The notes under the pieces were generated by a model. The model saw nothing but the letters and a program-made list of their open reading frames with translations, did no database searches and had not been told where the DNA came from. From contig CBDCOX010000002.1 of the NCBI GenBank assembly GCA_965219995.1, forward strand, positions 1,632,001 through 1,696,000: a stretch of DNA of 64,000 nt. Direction: 5' to 3'. The position numbers were made by a program, and so were the translations under genes. How positions within the stretch are numbered: the first letter of the stretch is position 1; the number at the start of each line of letters is the position of its first letter. Below are positions 18,083-26,954 of this stretch, in pieces. The DNA is from Candidatus Latescibacterota bacterium. GTDB taxonomy: Bacteria; Latescibacterota; UBA2968; GCA-2709665.

Positions 18083-19090
18083 TCATACCAAACTAGGTAG
18101 GTGCTGATCGAGGTCCACGAATCCAGCGTATCTAAGGGCTGCTTCCCTAAGCTCTGGCAGATACCGAGCAATGTAATCAACGTCAGGGTCGGGCTCGCCC
18201 CATCGAACGATCCGGATGTGGTAGTAGAACACGGCCATGGCAAGCATAAACGTGTAGTCTTCTCCAGAAACAGCCCTTCCTGTCTCTGCTTGATAGCCTG
18301 CCAAGACGCTTGCCCAGGGCAGTTCATTTGGCGAGCACCACCTAAAAACGCGCTCCAATTGCATCAGTTCCGTTCCCAGTCGTGCCATCTCCAGGTCGAA
18401 AAAGCCCTGGAACTTGCCTCGGTAGGAATGACATTGCAGGTCTTCGTGGTAGATCAGGTGCCTCTGTCCCGCAATTGATCCCAGTTGGCTTTCCACTAGC
18501 GACAACGACTCGTTATAGAATGGATCGACACCCGATTCCTTCGACTTCTGATCCAAACGACATAGATCAACGTAGAACTCCACTGCCTTCCTGAGGTCAG
18601 TGTTCCATGGCAAGAGCTCGTAGTCCCGAAGGATAGAGTATCCGATTCCGTTATCAGGTAACGGTAAGTTCACCAGCTTCCCGATCGCTGCGCCAAGCTC
18701 GCGGGCAAGCCTATCCACCTCCGTCCGCGTCAACTCGCTATACACTGCGTCGTCACCGATGAAAATCCCGGGCAGATAAGAGGTCACAATCAGTGTTTCT
18801 GGAACCGCAGCATGTACTTGTGGCACAACCCCGGTGGTGGCGAAATGCGAGAGAAACGCACGTTCATTCCGCCATCGAGGCGCTCCCCATTCGGGGTGGA
18901 AGTACTTGAAAACGATCGGTGCTCCTTCACGGTGTCCCCAGAGCACGAAATTGGTACCGTGACCATTCAGTTGATTGTGTACTTGCTCTGGCTGATCAGC
19001 GTCGAGGACGTAGTTTGGATTGCCCCGGACGAAGTCCTCGACTTCTGCTGATGCTGCATCAAACATCTGTTTTCGCCATTCGACAGCCAT
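18083..19090 (-). CDS. APH/choline-kinase-like phosphotransferase (cassette gene)
   Basis: IVFKYF, IYHEDL (Brenner-like) and FFDLE motifs. Confidence 0.7.
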   Translation of the reverse strand: MAVEWRKQMFDAASAEVEDFVRGNPNYVLDADQPEQVHNQLNGHGTNFVLWGHREGAPIVFKYFHPEWGAPRWRNERAFLSHFATTGVVPQVHAAVPETLIVTSYLPGIFIGDDAVYSELTRTEVDRLARELGAAIGKLVNLPLPDNGIGYSILRDYELLPWNTDLRKAVEFYVDLCRLDQKSKESGVDPFYNESLSLVESQLGSIAGQRHLIYHEDLQCHSYRGKFQGFFDLEMARLGTELMQLERVFRWCSPNELPWASVLAGYQAETGRAVSGEDYTFMLAMAVFYYHIRIVRWGEPDPDVDYIARYLPELREAALRYAGFVDLDQHLPSLV

Positions 19091-19158
19091 GATGCTTCGC
19101 CTTCAATTGAGCGGACGCATCACCGATTCGAACGCGGCGTCACTGATTTTCCGCTTGC

Positions 19159-19253
19159 GGTTAACTACGGTATTACCGAACAGTTACGGTAATGCGTACC
19201 TGTTCCGAAGATCTGCGAACGTTCGGGAACATTCCACGCTGGAGCTTGTAGCC
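19159..19253 (-). other. attI-like recombination site, internal copy
   Basis: Minus strand ends CGGTAAT-accgta-GTTAACC. About 90 bp are similar to 26550-26635, and the similarity stops exactly at the GTT. Confidence 0.55.
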
Positions 19254-19321
19254 CGAGCAGGTTCAGGAGTGCTTCCTATGGTGGCATCGTCTCTAATCAA
19301 AAACTGCCTCCCATTCTTCCA

Positions 19322-19741
19322 TCAATGCATCCCTGTCCGCTTCGACACATCGGGGTCCTCTTTGAGCTTATGGATACCGATCTGATTCCCGTCCGGGTCC
19401 TTGATCACGGCAATACTGCAGCGGGCTCCTTCGAAGGGTCCCAATTCAATCGATATGCCACAGCTTTCAATGTGCGCGATAGCCTCTTCGAAATCCTCCA
19501 CCTCCAACGAGAGTCCCGCGCTGAGCACGGCTGGCGGTTCGCCACGAAACCAGGTCGTGGTCACCGCGAGCGTATCGTGGGGGCCGACAGCGTACTCGAT
19601 GAAGCCGTCATCCCCATCGGGTCCCCGCGGAGGGTCGATGACATTGGGTTCCGGCAGGCGCAGAACCGTCTCGTAGAATTCACGCGCGCGCTTCAGACTC
19701 GTCACCGGATGGCCGACAAAGGCGAATCCTCTAATCTTCAC
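19322..19741 (-). CDS. VOC/glyoxalase family protein
   Basis: RAREFYETVL, LEVEDFEEA and IKDPDGNQIGIH motifs. Confidence 0.88.
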   Translation of the reverse strand: MKIRGFAFVGHPVTSLKRAREFYETVLRLPEPNVIDPPRGPDGDDGFIEYAVGPHDTLAVTTTWFRGEPPAVLSAGLSLEVEDFEEAIAHIESCGISIELGPFEGARCSIAVIKDPDGNQIGIHKLKEDPDVSKRTGMH

Positions 19742-19931
19742 GCAACGCTCCCTTTCAGTTGATTCCTTCCAATGCTCAGTTCCTTGCAGACGATCGAAAA
19801 TTGTGGATCGCCAAATCTCCGCAGATCATCGAAATCCCATTGTCTTCATACTATCTGCTTTCTATAACATTGCCTGATCCAATATTCGAAAAGGCTATCA
19901 TGTGGCGCGCTTTCAGTGGATTACGGTCCGC

Positions 19932-20387
19932 CTATGTGATATCCCCCAGATATACCGGCGGTGATTCAGAGCAGGAGTCAAGATGATCGAGCAAGGCTTT
20001 GGGATAGAATCTCAGGCGCTTAAGTCTACCGATACTCATCCATTTCACGCCAACCTGAATTGAATCTCCCTCCGGGGCTTCGGAGGCATTATATGCTTCG
20101 TCCACGGAACATCGGAAGATGAAGTCAACCAGGTGGACACCCTTTGCCCAGGAATCGGGATGATTGTCAGTGATATATTCTCGAACGAATTGCAGACCTT
20201 CAACCCTGACATCGGCGCCTATTTCTTCCTGGCACTCCCGCTTGAGAGCATCCAAGAGTGTTTCTTTGCAAGGTTCCGTACCTCCTCCAGGAAGAATGTA
20301 CCAAAGACCTTTGTCGTCGATGTTCTCAGTAACGAGAATTCGGTCACCTCTCTGGATCAGAGCCTTGGCCGCATTTCGCAATTTCAT
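19932..20387 (-). CDS. NUDIX hydrolase
   Basis: LPGGG...ETLLDALKRECQEEIG (Nudix box). Confidence 0.9.
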   Translation of the reverse strand: MKLRNAAKALIQRGDRILVTENIDDKGLWYILPGGGTEPCKETLLDALKRECQEEIGADVRVEGLQFVREYITDNHPDSWAKGVHLVDFIFRCSVDEAYNASEAPEGDSIQVGVKWMSIGRLKRLRFYPKALLDHLDSCSESPPVYLGDIT

Positions 20388-20400
20388 AATGGATGCCTCA

Positions 20401-20533
20401 AAAGAACGTGAAGATCGCACGATCTTGCTGCAGGGACAAGATAAAGCAAAGCCCTCTGGTCAGCGAGGGCTTTGAACTGCAGCAGGTTGGGCGAAGGCCC
20501 TTGTGGCCTGAACCGTGCACTGTCGTGTTTTGC
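20401..20533 (-). repeat. attC-like site
   Basis: GCAAAAC-acgacaGTGCACG...CGTGCGatcttcac-GTTCTTT. Shares the GGCC...CCTTCGCCCAA segment with the 17952 site. Confidence 0.65.
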
Positions 20534-20607
20534 GGCGTTGGCGCTCTTTCAGCCTGTAGAGAACGGAGCTTGTGTCAGGCCTGTGAAACCAGCTCTCGAA
20601 TACCAGT

Positions 20608-22887
20608 CTACTTCCTTGCACCAAATCTCTTCAGCAGTGACCCGATGTCTACATCCTCCGAGTCTATGCGAACGTACTCCTTCCTGCCCTGCGGTTCCTC
20701 GCTCCAGGCCAGAGGCGTCGCCCATTCCGCGCCCGCCAGGTTCGGATCGGCATCCGCCTCCAACATGAACCTGGCAAGTTCGGGCCATTCATAGAGCACT
20801 GCCATGGCCAGGGGCGTCGATTGCCTCTCTCCGCCCAGAACGTTTATCTCCGCACCGTGTTTCAGCAGCTTCTCTGCAAACACGATCCGGTCCCTCTCAG
20901 TTACGTGCCACGTGATCTCCGCGGTCCAATGCAGGGGTGTCAAGCCGCTTACTTTCGCACGGGCATTTGGATCGAATCCTCCTTCAAGGAGAAGCTCGAA
21001 GCACTCGTAAAAGTGCTCCACACACGCCTTTCCCGGATTGCCGGGACACCTCAGCCTCCACATGCGCATGGCCTGGCACAACACGTCGTGCATTTCGCTC
21101 TCCGTAAAACTCGGACTCTGTGAGAGGCAGACTGCCACCAGGTCCGGATGCCCGCCGTGGACGGCTCCCTTCAGGACCTCCTTTGCACACGATGGATCTG
21201 AACTTACGAGCGCGGCATCGACGGAGACATTGTCGCTGTTCGCGGCGTAGAATCCAGGAGAGGCACCGTCGTCGAACCCGGGAAATGCCCCATGCCGCAA
21301 CAGCAGTTTCTCCATCGCGTCGTTCCCGTTCGCGATCGCCCAGTTCAAGGCGTTGCCGGACGCATCCATCACGGTATGCGCCGATGCCCCGTGCTCCAGG
21401 AGCAGCGTTGCCATCTCCAGGTCGTCATTGAGAGCCGCGGCGTGCAGCGGCGCGCCTCGCTCGGCCACGGGGTAGCCTTCGTACTTGTCATACGGCGTAT
21501 CCGGGTCCGCACCCCGTTCCAGGAGGAGGCGCACCACCTCAAGGTGTCCCTTGTCGGCGGCAATCGAGATCGGATACGCGTCCATCCCGGGATAGTTCCG
21601 GGCCCAGTCGTTCACGGCATCGGGATCGGCATCCAGAATTCTCCGCGCCCCGTCGACGTCGCCGATGGCGCAGGCAACCCACAGGTCGTATTCTGCGCCG
21701 TGTCCCAGCAGGATCCCGCCGATTACCGGCCACAGGGGGCTTGGCGGCGGGTCCCATCCGCGTTTGGGCCGCGGCCCGAGCGCGAGGTGGATGGCCTTCT
21801 TCCCGCGTGCGTTCACTTCGTTGGGTTCGGCCCCGCGAACCAGGAGTTCCGTGACCACCGGGATATGATGGTATTCCACGGCGACGTGAAGTGCCGTATT
21901 CCCTGACTTGTCTACTCCGTGAATCGCCGAGGGGTCACCATCGAGCAGCTGTCTTACCGCTTCGACATCGCCCTTGCCCGCGGCCTGGCAAAGGGCGATT
22001 CCCAACTCAGTCTCACCGGTCCGCCTGGCTCGCCATTCCTCCATTGACGCGACCACATCTGCATGACCCTTGCTTCGGGCCATATCCAAAGCCGAAACCC
22101 GCTCTCCATATGTTACCCTGGTGGGACTGGCGCCGGCGTTCAGCAGGTGCTCGACAACCGCCAGGTGTCCCTCCCGTGCCGCGTAGTGTATGGCCTGATA
22201 CCCCTGTTCGCCGTCTCGGTGCGCCAGCTCCGGCTTCTTCTCCAGGATGGCCTTGATTCGATCCAGATCTCCCTCCTGTGCGGCGTTGCAGATTCCGACT
22301 ACGCTGACGAAAGCATCGTCCTGGGAAGGCGCGTTTTTGCGCAACTCTTTCTTCGCCATTGCGAGTAACCCCTTTTCAAGGCGTTTCCGCGCCGATCGCA
22401 GCCGGTTGTTGACCGTGTCCGGCGAGACCTGCAGAAACGCTGCAATCTCTTGATGAGAATGAGCACCCATGTAGAACATCGTCGTGACCGCACGTTCCGT
22501 CTCTGGAAGCGCGTCAACCGAGTTCTGAATCCGGACCCTCATTTCCTGCGCTTCCATTTCATCCAGCGGTGAAGGACTGCCTGATGGAACATCGTGCACG
22601 TCTTCGATCGGAACCATTTCCGGGCGCTTCTGCCTCGCGAACTGAGTGCAACAGGACCGAACTATCGCTTTGAACCAACCGGGGAAGGCTTCAGGACTTC
22701 GCAGATCCTCCAATTTTCGGTACGCGATCAGAAACGCTTCCTGCGCGGCATCCTCTGCCAGGTGGTAGTCGCCCAGTATGCTGTAGGCATACCCCGCAGC
22801 CATGTCTTGAAACCGTATCACGACGCCCTCATAGGCACGCAAGTTTCCCGATTTGACTGCACGCAATTGGTCCGATAGTCTATCCAC
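20608..22887 (-). CDS. ECF sigma factor fused to an ankyrin-repeat domain (cassette gene)
   Basis: AEDAAQEAFL...FPGWF (sigma region 2) and SHQEIAAFL...TVNNRLRSAR (region 4), followed by many ankyrin repeats (GNTALH, GAPLH, GLTPLH, STPLA). Confidence 0.9.
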   Translation of the reverse strand: MDRLSDQLRAVKSGNLRAYEGVVIRFQDMAAGYAYSILGDYHLAEDAAQEAFLIAYRKLEDLRSPEAFPGWFKAIVRSCCTQFARQKRPEMVPIEDVHDVPSGSPSPLDEMEAQEMRVRIQNSVDALPETERAVTTMFYMGAHSHQEIAAFLQVSPDTVNNRLRSARKRLEKGLLAMAKKELRKNAPSQDDAFVSVVGICNAAQEGDLDRIKAILEKKPELAHRDGEQGYQAIHYAAREGHLAVVEHLLNAGASPTRVTYGERVSALDMARSKGHADVVASMEEWRARRTGETELGIALCQAAGKGDVEAVRQLLDGDPSAIHGVDKSGNTALHVAVEYHHIPVVTELLVRGAEPNEVNARGKKAIHLALGPRPKRGWDPPPSPLWPVIGGILLGHGAEYDLWVACAIGDVDGARRILDADPDAVNDWARNYPGMDAYPISIAADKGHLEVVRLLLERGADPDTPYDKYEGYPVAERGAPLHAAALNDDLEMATLLLEHGASAHTVMDASGNALNWAIANGNDAMEKLLLRHGAFPGFDDGASPGFYAANSDNVSVDAALVSSDPSCAKEVLKGAVHGGHPDLVAVCLSQSPSFTESEMHDVLCQAMRMWRLRCPGNPGKACVEHFYECFELLLEGGFDPNARAKVSGLTPLHWTAEITWHVTERDRIVFAEKLLKHGAEINVLGGERQSTPLAMAVLYEWPELARFMLEADADPNLAGAEWATPLAWSEEPQGRKEYVRIDSEDVDIGSLLKRFGARK

Positions 22888-23021
22888 TGCCGTTCCTTTG
22901 AGAAGGCCCTCTATTTTAAAGGAGGCACCCGAGGCACGGAATTGGTAGAAAAAAGCGAAAGAAGCGCGAAAAAGAATAGCTGTGCTTACAGTGAGGAGCT
23001 CTCAGGGATCTTGCCAATGCC

Positions 23022-23161
23022 GAATAACGGTCTTGCGGTGTGCGAACCTTGCCATCCCAAAGGGCTGGCGCTACGTTCGCGTCTCTCAGCAAATGACGTG
23101 ACAGAGGTGAGGTTGCCTCGGAGGGAGCGAAGCGACCGGAGCGCAAGGCCGCGTGTTACAC
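23022..23161 (-). repeat. Long branched attC-like site
   Basis: GTGTAAC-acgcGGCCTTGCG...CGCAAGACC-GTTATTC. Confidence 0.75.
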
Positions 23162-23319
23162 GCTTGCGGCGCGCCGCTTCCACGGCGAATCCCTCAACGG
23201 GGCTGAAATAAAGTGCACACCATAGACAGGTGGCTTCCTGCTTTCTCGTCTTGTTTCGAATGAAAATCAGGCGCCCGTCAATAGCACCCAGGAAAGAAAC
23301 AGGGTTTGAACTTCGCTCA

Positions 23320-23814
23320 TTAGATGGGGTTCGCCTTGATGAGTTGGAAGAGGTCACCTTTACCGGGACGTTCGGATGTCAAAATCAGCATCAGCTTTGC
23401 CAGCAGGTCAGCCCGGTCGAAACGTTTGAATTCCGGGTACAGCCCGATACGCCAATGGAGATAAGCTTCAAGCTGGTTCACATCAGGGAAGATCTGTCTG
23501 GCCGCAAGGAATTCTGTCTGCAGGGCACGACGATGTGCGTAGGCATGCGAGCGTGAGGCCAGTTTGTGCCGGATTTCCACCTGCTCGTGCAGTGCGAGCA
23601 AGTGCGCGTACTGCTCATCGAATTCGATTAGATCCGCCGGGATGTAAATCGTTCCTGTTTCGTCGTAGAAAACGAGATCGGGTGTATTGCCTTTATAGCG
23701 AAACACCGTATAGGAGAGGGCAAGGTCTGCCACGACTGCCTGCTCAGTGCGGATGACGTTTTGCTTAATCGCGTTGAGCAACTCAGTAGCTTCCGGGTAT
23801 GGCAATCGGAGCAT
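23320..23814 (-). CDS. Hypothetical protein (cassette gene)
   Basis: 164-aa ORF with natural composition lying between two attC-like sites. Contains LHEQVE...HAYAH. Confidence 0.6.
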   Translation of the reverse strand: MLRLPYPEATELLNAIKQNVIRTEQAVVADLALSYTVFRYKGNTPDLVFYDETGTIYIPADLIEFDEQYAHLLALHEQVEIRHKLASRSHAYAHRRALQTEFLAARQIFPDVNQLEAYLHWRIGLYPEFKRFDRADLLAKLMLILTSERPGKGDLFQLIKANPI

Positions 23815-23907
23815 ACGTAATGTCTCTTCGGTGGGTTGTGTTCTGGGTTTTTGCTCATGTGCACGATTTGCAGGGGTGGGGTGGTTGGGTCATCCTGCGC
23901 CGCTTGC

Positions 23908-23980
23908 GTGTAACATCCCGGCTGTTCCTGAACCGCGTAGCGGTGGGATTCCGGTGAGGTGCATGAATCTGGTGTTGCAC
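23908..23980 (-). repeat. attC-like site
   Basis: GTGCAAC...ACCGCTACGCGGTTC...ggat-GTTACAC. Confidence 0.7.
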
Positions 23981-24067
23981 GCTGTTTGGGGAGGCGTCGT
24001 CACTATCAGCATTTCCATCAGGACGACAGTCAAGCACGCTCCGTCACTCCGTTTTTTCTCCCATCTT

Positions 24068-26458
24068 TTATTCGTATCTCAAGGCGTCTATTGGATTGGC
24101 TCGTGCAGCTTTCAAGGCCTGATACGCGATGGTGATCAGAGTGACCACAAGCGCCGCTCCGGTACTCCCGATGAAATGGATGGGACTCAGGTCAATCCGA
24201 TAGGCGAAATTCTCAAGCCAACTGTTCAGGGTGTAAAAGGCCATCGGACAAGCGATTAAACTCGCCAATACAACGAGCATGAGAAACTCCCTTGCCAGCA
24301 AACTCACAATGCCAATTTCTGTTGCGCCAAGAACTTTGCGAATGCCGATTTCCTTGGTGCGCACCTCGGCAGTGTAAGAAATGAGACCCAGCAAACCAAG
24401 ACAGGCGATTGCGATTGCCAGACCGGCACTGAGGCTGCACAGACGTCCGAGCAGTCGCTCTTTGGCATAAACCGCAGCCAGCGCGTCATCCAAAAACTGA
24501 TACACAAAGGGCCTTGTTGGATCGGCGGTCTTCCAGGCGGCTTTGGTGCGACTGAGCACATCTTGGATATCGCTGCCGAAAGTGCGCATGCTGACGTAGA
24601 CCTGCTCATCGTAAATGGCGGGGATCAGAACAAGCGGGCCGATGGATACACGGAAGTTCTCGTACTGGAAGTCTGCGAAAATGCCGATCACTTCCCAAGT
24701 CGCACCCCAGAATCGGACGGTGTCACCAGACCGAATACCCAGTAGCTTTGCTCCGGTTTGGTTGAGCATCACCCTCGTGGTGCCCCATTCATCGTCAACC
24801 GTCTGCACGTCGGTGGCAGCAAATGTTCGACCTTCAATGACCGGAATTTCGTACACTTCAAAGAAATCCTCGTCTGTGTACAGGTAGGGCAAGAGGATTT
24901 CTTTGTCTATCCCGGCGGACCTTATCGATACAACGTCGTCGTATCGACTGCGGGGTTCAGCAGCCACAAGGGGCAGGTGCTGAAGCGAAACACCTTTGAC
25001 TCCCGGCACCTGTAGCAGTCGTTCTTTCACGAGCCGACCGACCTTGTTGATACGTGGAAACACGAGAATCGCGTTCCGGTTGTATCCAGGATCTGCGGAT
25101 GTAATATAACTCGTCTGTTCGACAATAACGAGGGTGGCGACGATGAGCGTGATTGTGACTGTAAATTGGAGAACGACAAGCCCCCTTCTGACCGCCCCGT
25201 GTCCAGACACAACTCCTCGGATGGGCTTTAGCGCGGATATCGGTGAAAACGATGAGATAAAAAGCGCGGGATAGCTTCCTGCAATGATACCGACGCCTGC
25301 AGCAAAGGCGAACAGCAACGGCAGCATGTCCATCCCGATGGAGAGGCTCGTGCCCATCAGGGCATTCGCGCCGGGCAACGCAAGCTTTATTATCCCCAAC
25401 GCTGCGGCAAAGGCGAGCACCGTAACCAGGATAGATTCCCCCATGAACTGCACTACGAGTTGCCGCTGCTGAGCACCCACAACTCTTCGCATGCCGACCT
25501 CGCGCATCCTGCGAATGGACCGGGCAGTGGCGAGGTTCATAAAGTTGACGCAGGCCACGCCGACAATGAGAAGGCCGATGACGGCTAGAGCGTAGCAGGT
25601 GTTCAGGTCGCCCTCAACCGCAAGGCCAAAACGTTGACGGCCCTGGAGATGCAGCTCGGTCAGGGGCGTCATTTCGATCCCCTTCTGCGAACCCTCACGC
25701 CAATGCCGAAGAGCGAAGTCAGGTAACTTCGACCGAACAGATGCCGAAGATGCGCCCGGCTTGAGCAACACGTAGGTTTGGGTAATAAGCCATCCACCCC
25801 ATGTCTCCCACATGGAATGCATCGTCGCAGGGTCCTTCCTGGGCCTCGTCATGGTGATGAAATCGGGAGAAAGGCCGGGGGTGCTTGTCTGGGGAGGATC
25901 TTCCAGGATGCCCGTGATCGTATATGTGTCTTCGAAGAACTTGGACTTGAGGAACACGGTCTTGCCCAGCGCTGGCGCATCGCCAAAGAGTCTTACGGCA
26001 AGACGCTTTGTGGCAAACGCTGAAAAAGGGGTTGCAAGGTCACGCATCGGATCGCCTTTGATGGTCTGGAAATCGAACACATGGAAGAACCGATCATCGA
26101 CGACAAAAACATGGGAGTTTGTGCCTTCCTGAGTCCCAACACTGACGTTCACACGACGGCCTATAAACCGGGCGGCATCCTCAACCTCGGGTATCTCTTC
26201 CACAAGTGCAGGTCCCACCGGACCGTTCGCCGCGTAATGGTAGGCCACCTCGCCGTTCTCCTGGCGAAAGGAAGACAAAACCCGATGGATGCGCTCGGCC
26301 TTCCTGTGGTGGCGGTCGTAGCTAAACTCGTGTTCAAGGTAGAGCAAAATAAGGGTACCGCATGTGAGACCAATAGCCAGACCAGCAATATTGATGAAAG
26401 AATATGCTTTTTGCTTCCAGAGATTTCTGTAAGCAACCCTCAGATAGTTTCTGAACAA
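24068..26458 (-). CDS. MacB/FtsX-like ABC transporter permease (duplicated domain)
   Basis: MFRNYLRVAYRNLWK, ACVNFMNLATARS..R.REVGMR, RTKEIGIRKVLGA and ANPIDALRYE motifs. Confidence 0.92.
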   Translation of the reverse strand: MFRNYLRVAYRNLWKQKAYSFINIAGLAIGLTCGTLILLYLEHEFSYDRHHRKAERIHRVLSSFRQENGEVAYHYAANGPVGPALVEEIPEVEDAARFIGRRVNVSVGTQEGTNSHVFVVDDRFFHVFDFQTIKGDPMRDLATPFSAFATKRLAVRLFGDAPALGKTVFLKSKFFEDTYTITGILEDPPQTSTPGLSPDFITMTRPRKDPATMHSMWETWGGWLITQTYVLLKPGASSASVRSKLPDFALRHWREGSQKGIEMTPLTELHLQGRQRFGLAVEGDLNTCYALAVIGLLIVGVACVNFMNLATARSIRRMREVGMRRVVGAQQRQLVVQFMGESILVTVLAFAAALGIIKLALPGANALMGTSLSIGMDMLPLLFAFAAGVGIIAGSYPALFISSFSPISALKPIRGVVSGHGAVRRGLVVLQFTVTITLIVATLVIVEQTSYITSADPGYNRNAILVFPRINKVGRLVKERLLQVPGVKGVSLQHLPLVAAEPRSRYDDVVSIRSAGIDKEILLPYLYTDEDFFEVYEIPVIEGRTFAATDVQTVDDEWGTTRVMLNQTGAKLLGIRSGDTVRFWGATWEVIGIFADFQYENFRVSIGPLVLIPAIYDEQVYVSMRTFGSDIQDVLSRTKAAWKTADPTRPFVYQFLDDALAAVYAKERLLGRLCSLSAGLAIAIACLGLLGLISYTAEVRTKEIGIRKVLGATEIGIVSLLAREFLMLVVLASLIACPMAFYTLNSWLENFAYRIDLSPIHFIGSTGAALVVTLITIAYQALKAARANPIDALRYE

Positions 26459-26545
26459 AACACGCTCACATTTTTACGTGAAAGACAGGTTTAGTTGTGA
26501 TTATTGCTTGCTATCTGCTTCTCTTTGGGGTGCCGGGGCAATTTC

Positions 26546-26635
26546 GGCCAACTACGGTATTACCGAACAGTTACGGCGTACCTGATCCAAAGATCTGCGA
26601 ACGTTCGAAAGCATGTTACGTTGGCGCTTGTAGCC
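26546..26635 (-). other. attI-like recombination site at the head of the array
   Basis: Minus strand CGGTAAT-accgta-GTTGGCC. The 27 nt next to the core are identical to 19163-19189. Confidence 0.55.
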
Positions 26636-26732
26636 AAAGTTGTTGATGAATGATGTTATTGCCAGGGGCCGTAGATAGTTGACGTCTTAAGCGCCTACCA
26701 AGTTGGAACGGGACTTGCCCGAACGGGGACGT

Positions 26733-26798
26733 TGAGCTTGTCGAATTGCCCGCGTTTCGGTACCTTTTTGAGCCTTCGCCGACCCTTCGACAAGCTCA
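26733..26798. repeat. REP-like inverted repeat
   Basis: TGAGCTTGTCGAA (26733-26745) and TTCGACAAGCTCA (26786-26798). Confidence 0.75.
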
Positions 26799-26954
26799 GG
26801 GAGCGGCTCAGGGTGCCAGGTCAATGGTGTGTAATAATGTAAACTGTAGCGTGCCCCCTGTAATAATTGCGGAATCGACTCCGACCGGATCCTGCCCGCC
26901 GTTCATTCATCTTTGCTTCAAGCGGGCGCCAGGAGAGTTGCTCTCAAACAGACC

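Noticed and set aside
15162-26635. Recurring intergenic repeats as a CRISPR array
   Set aside because: The repeats are variable palindromes separated by whole genes, and no cas genes are present.
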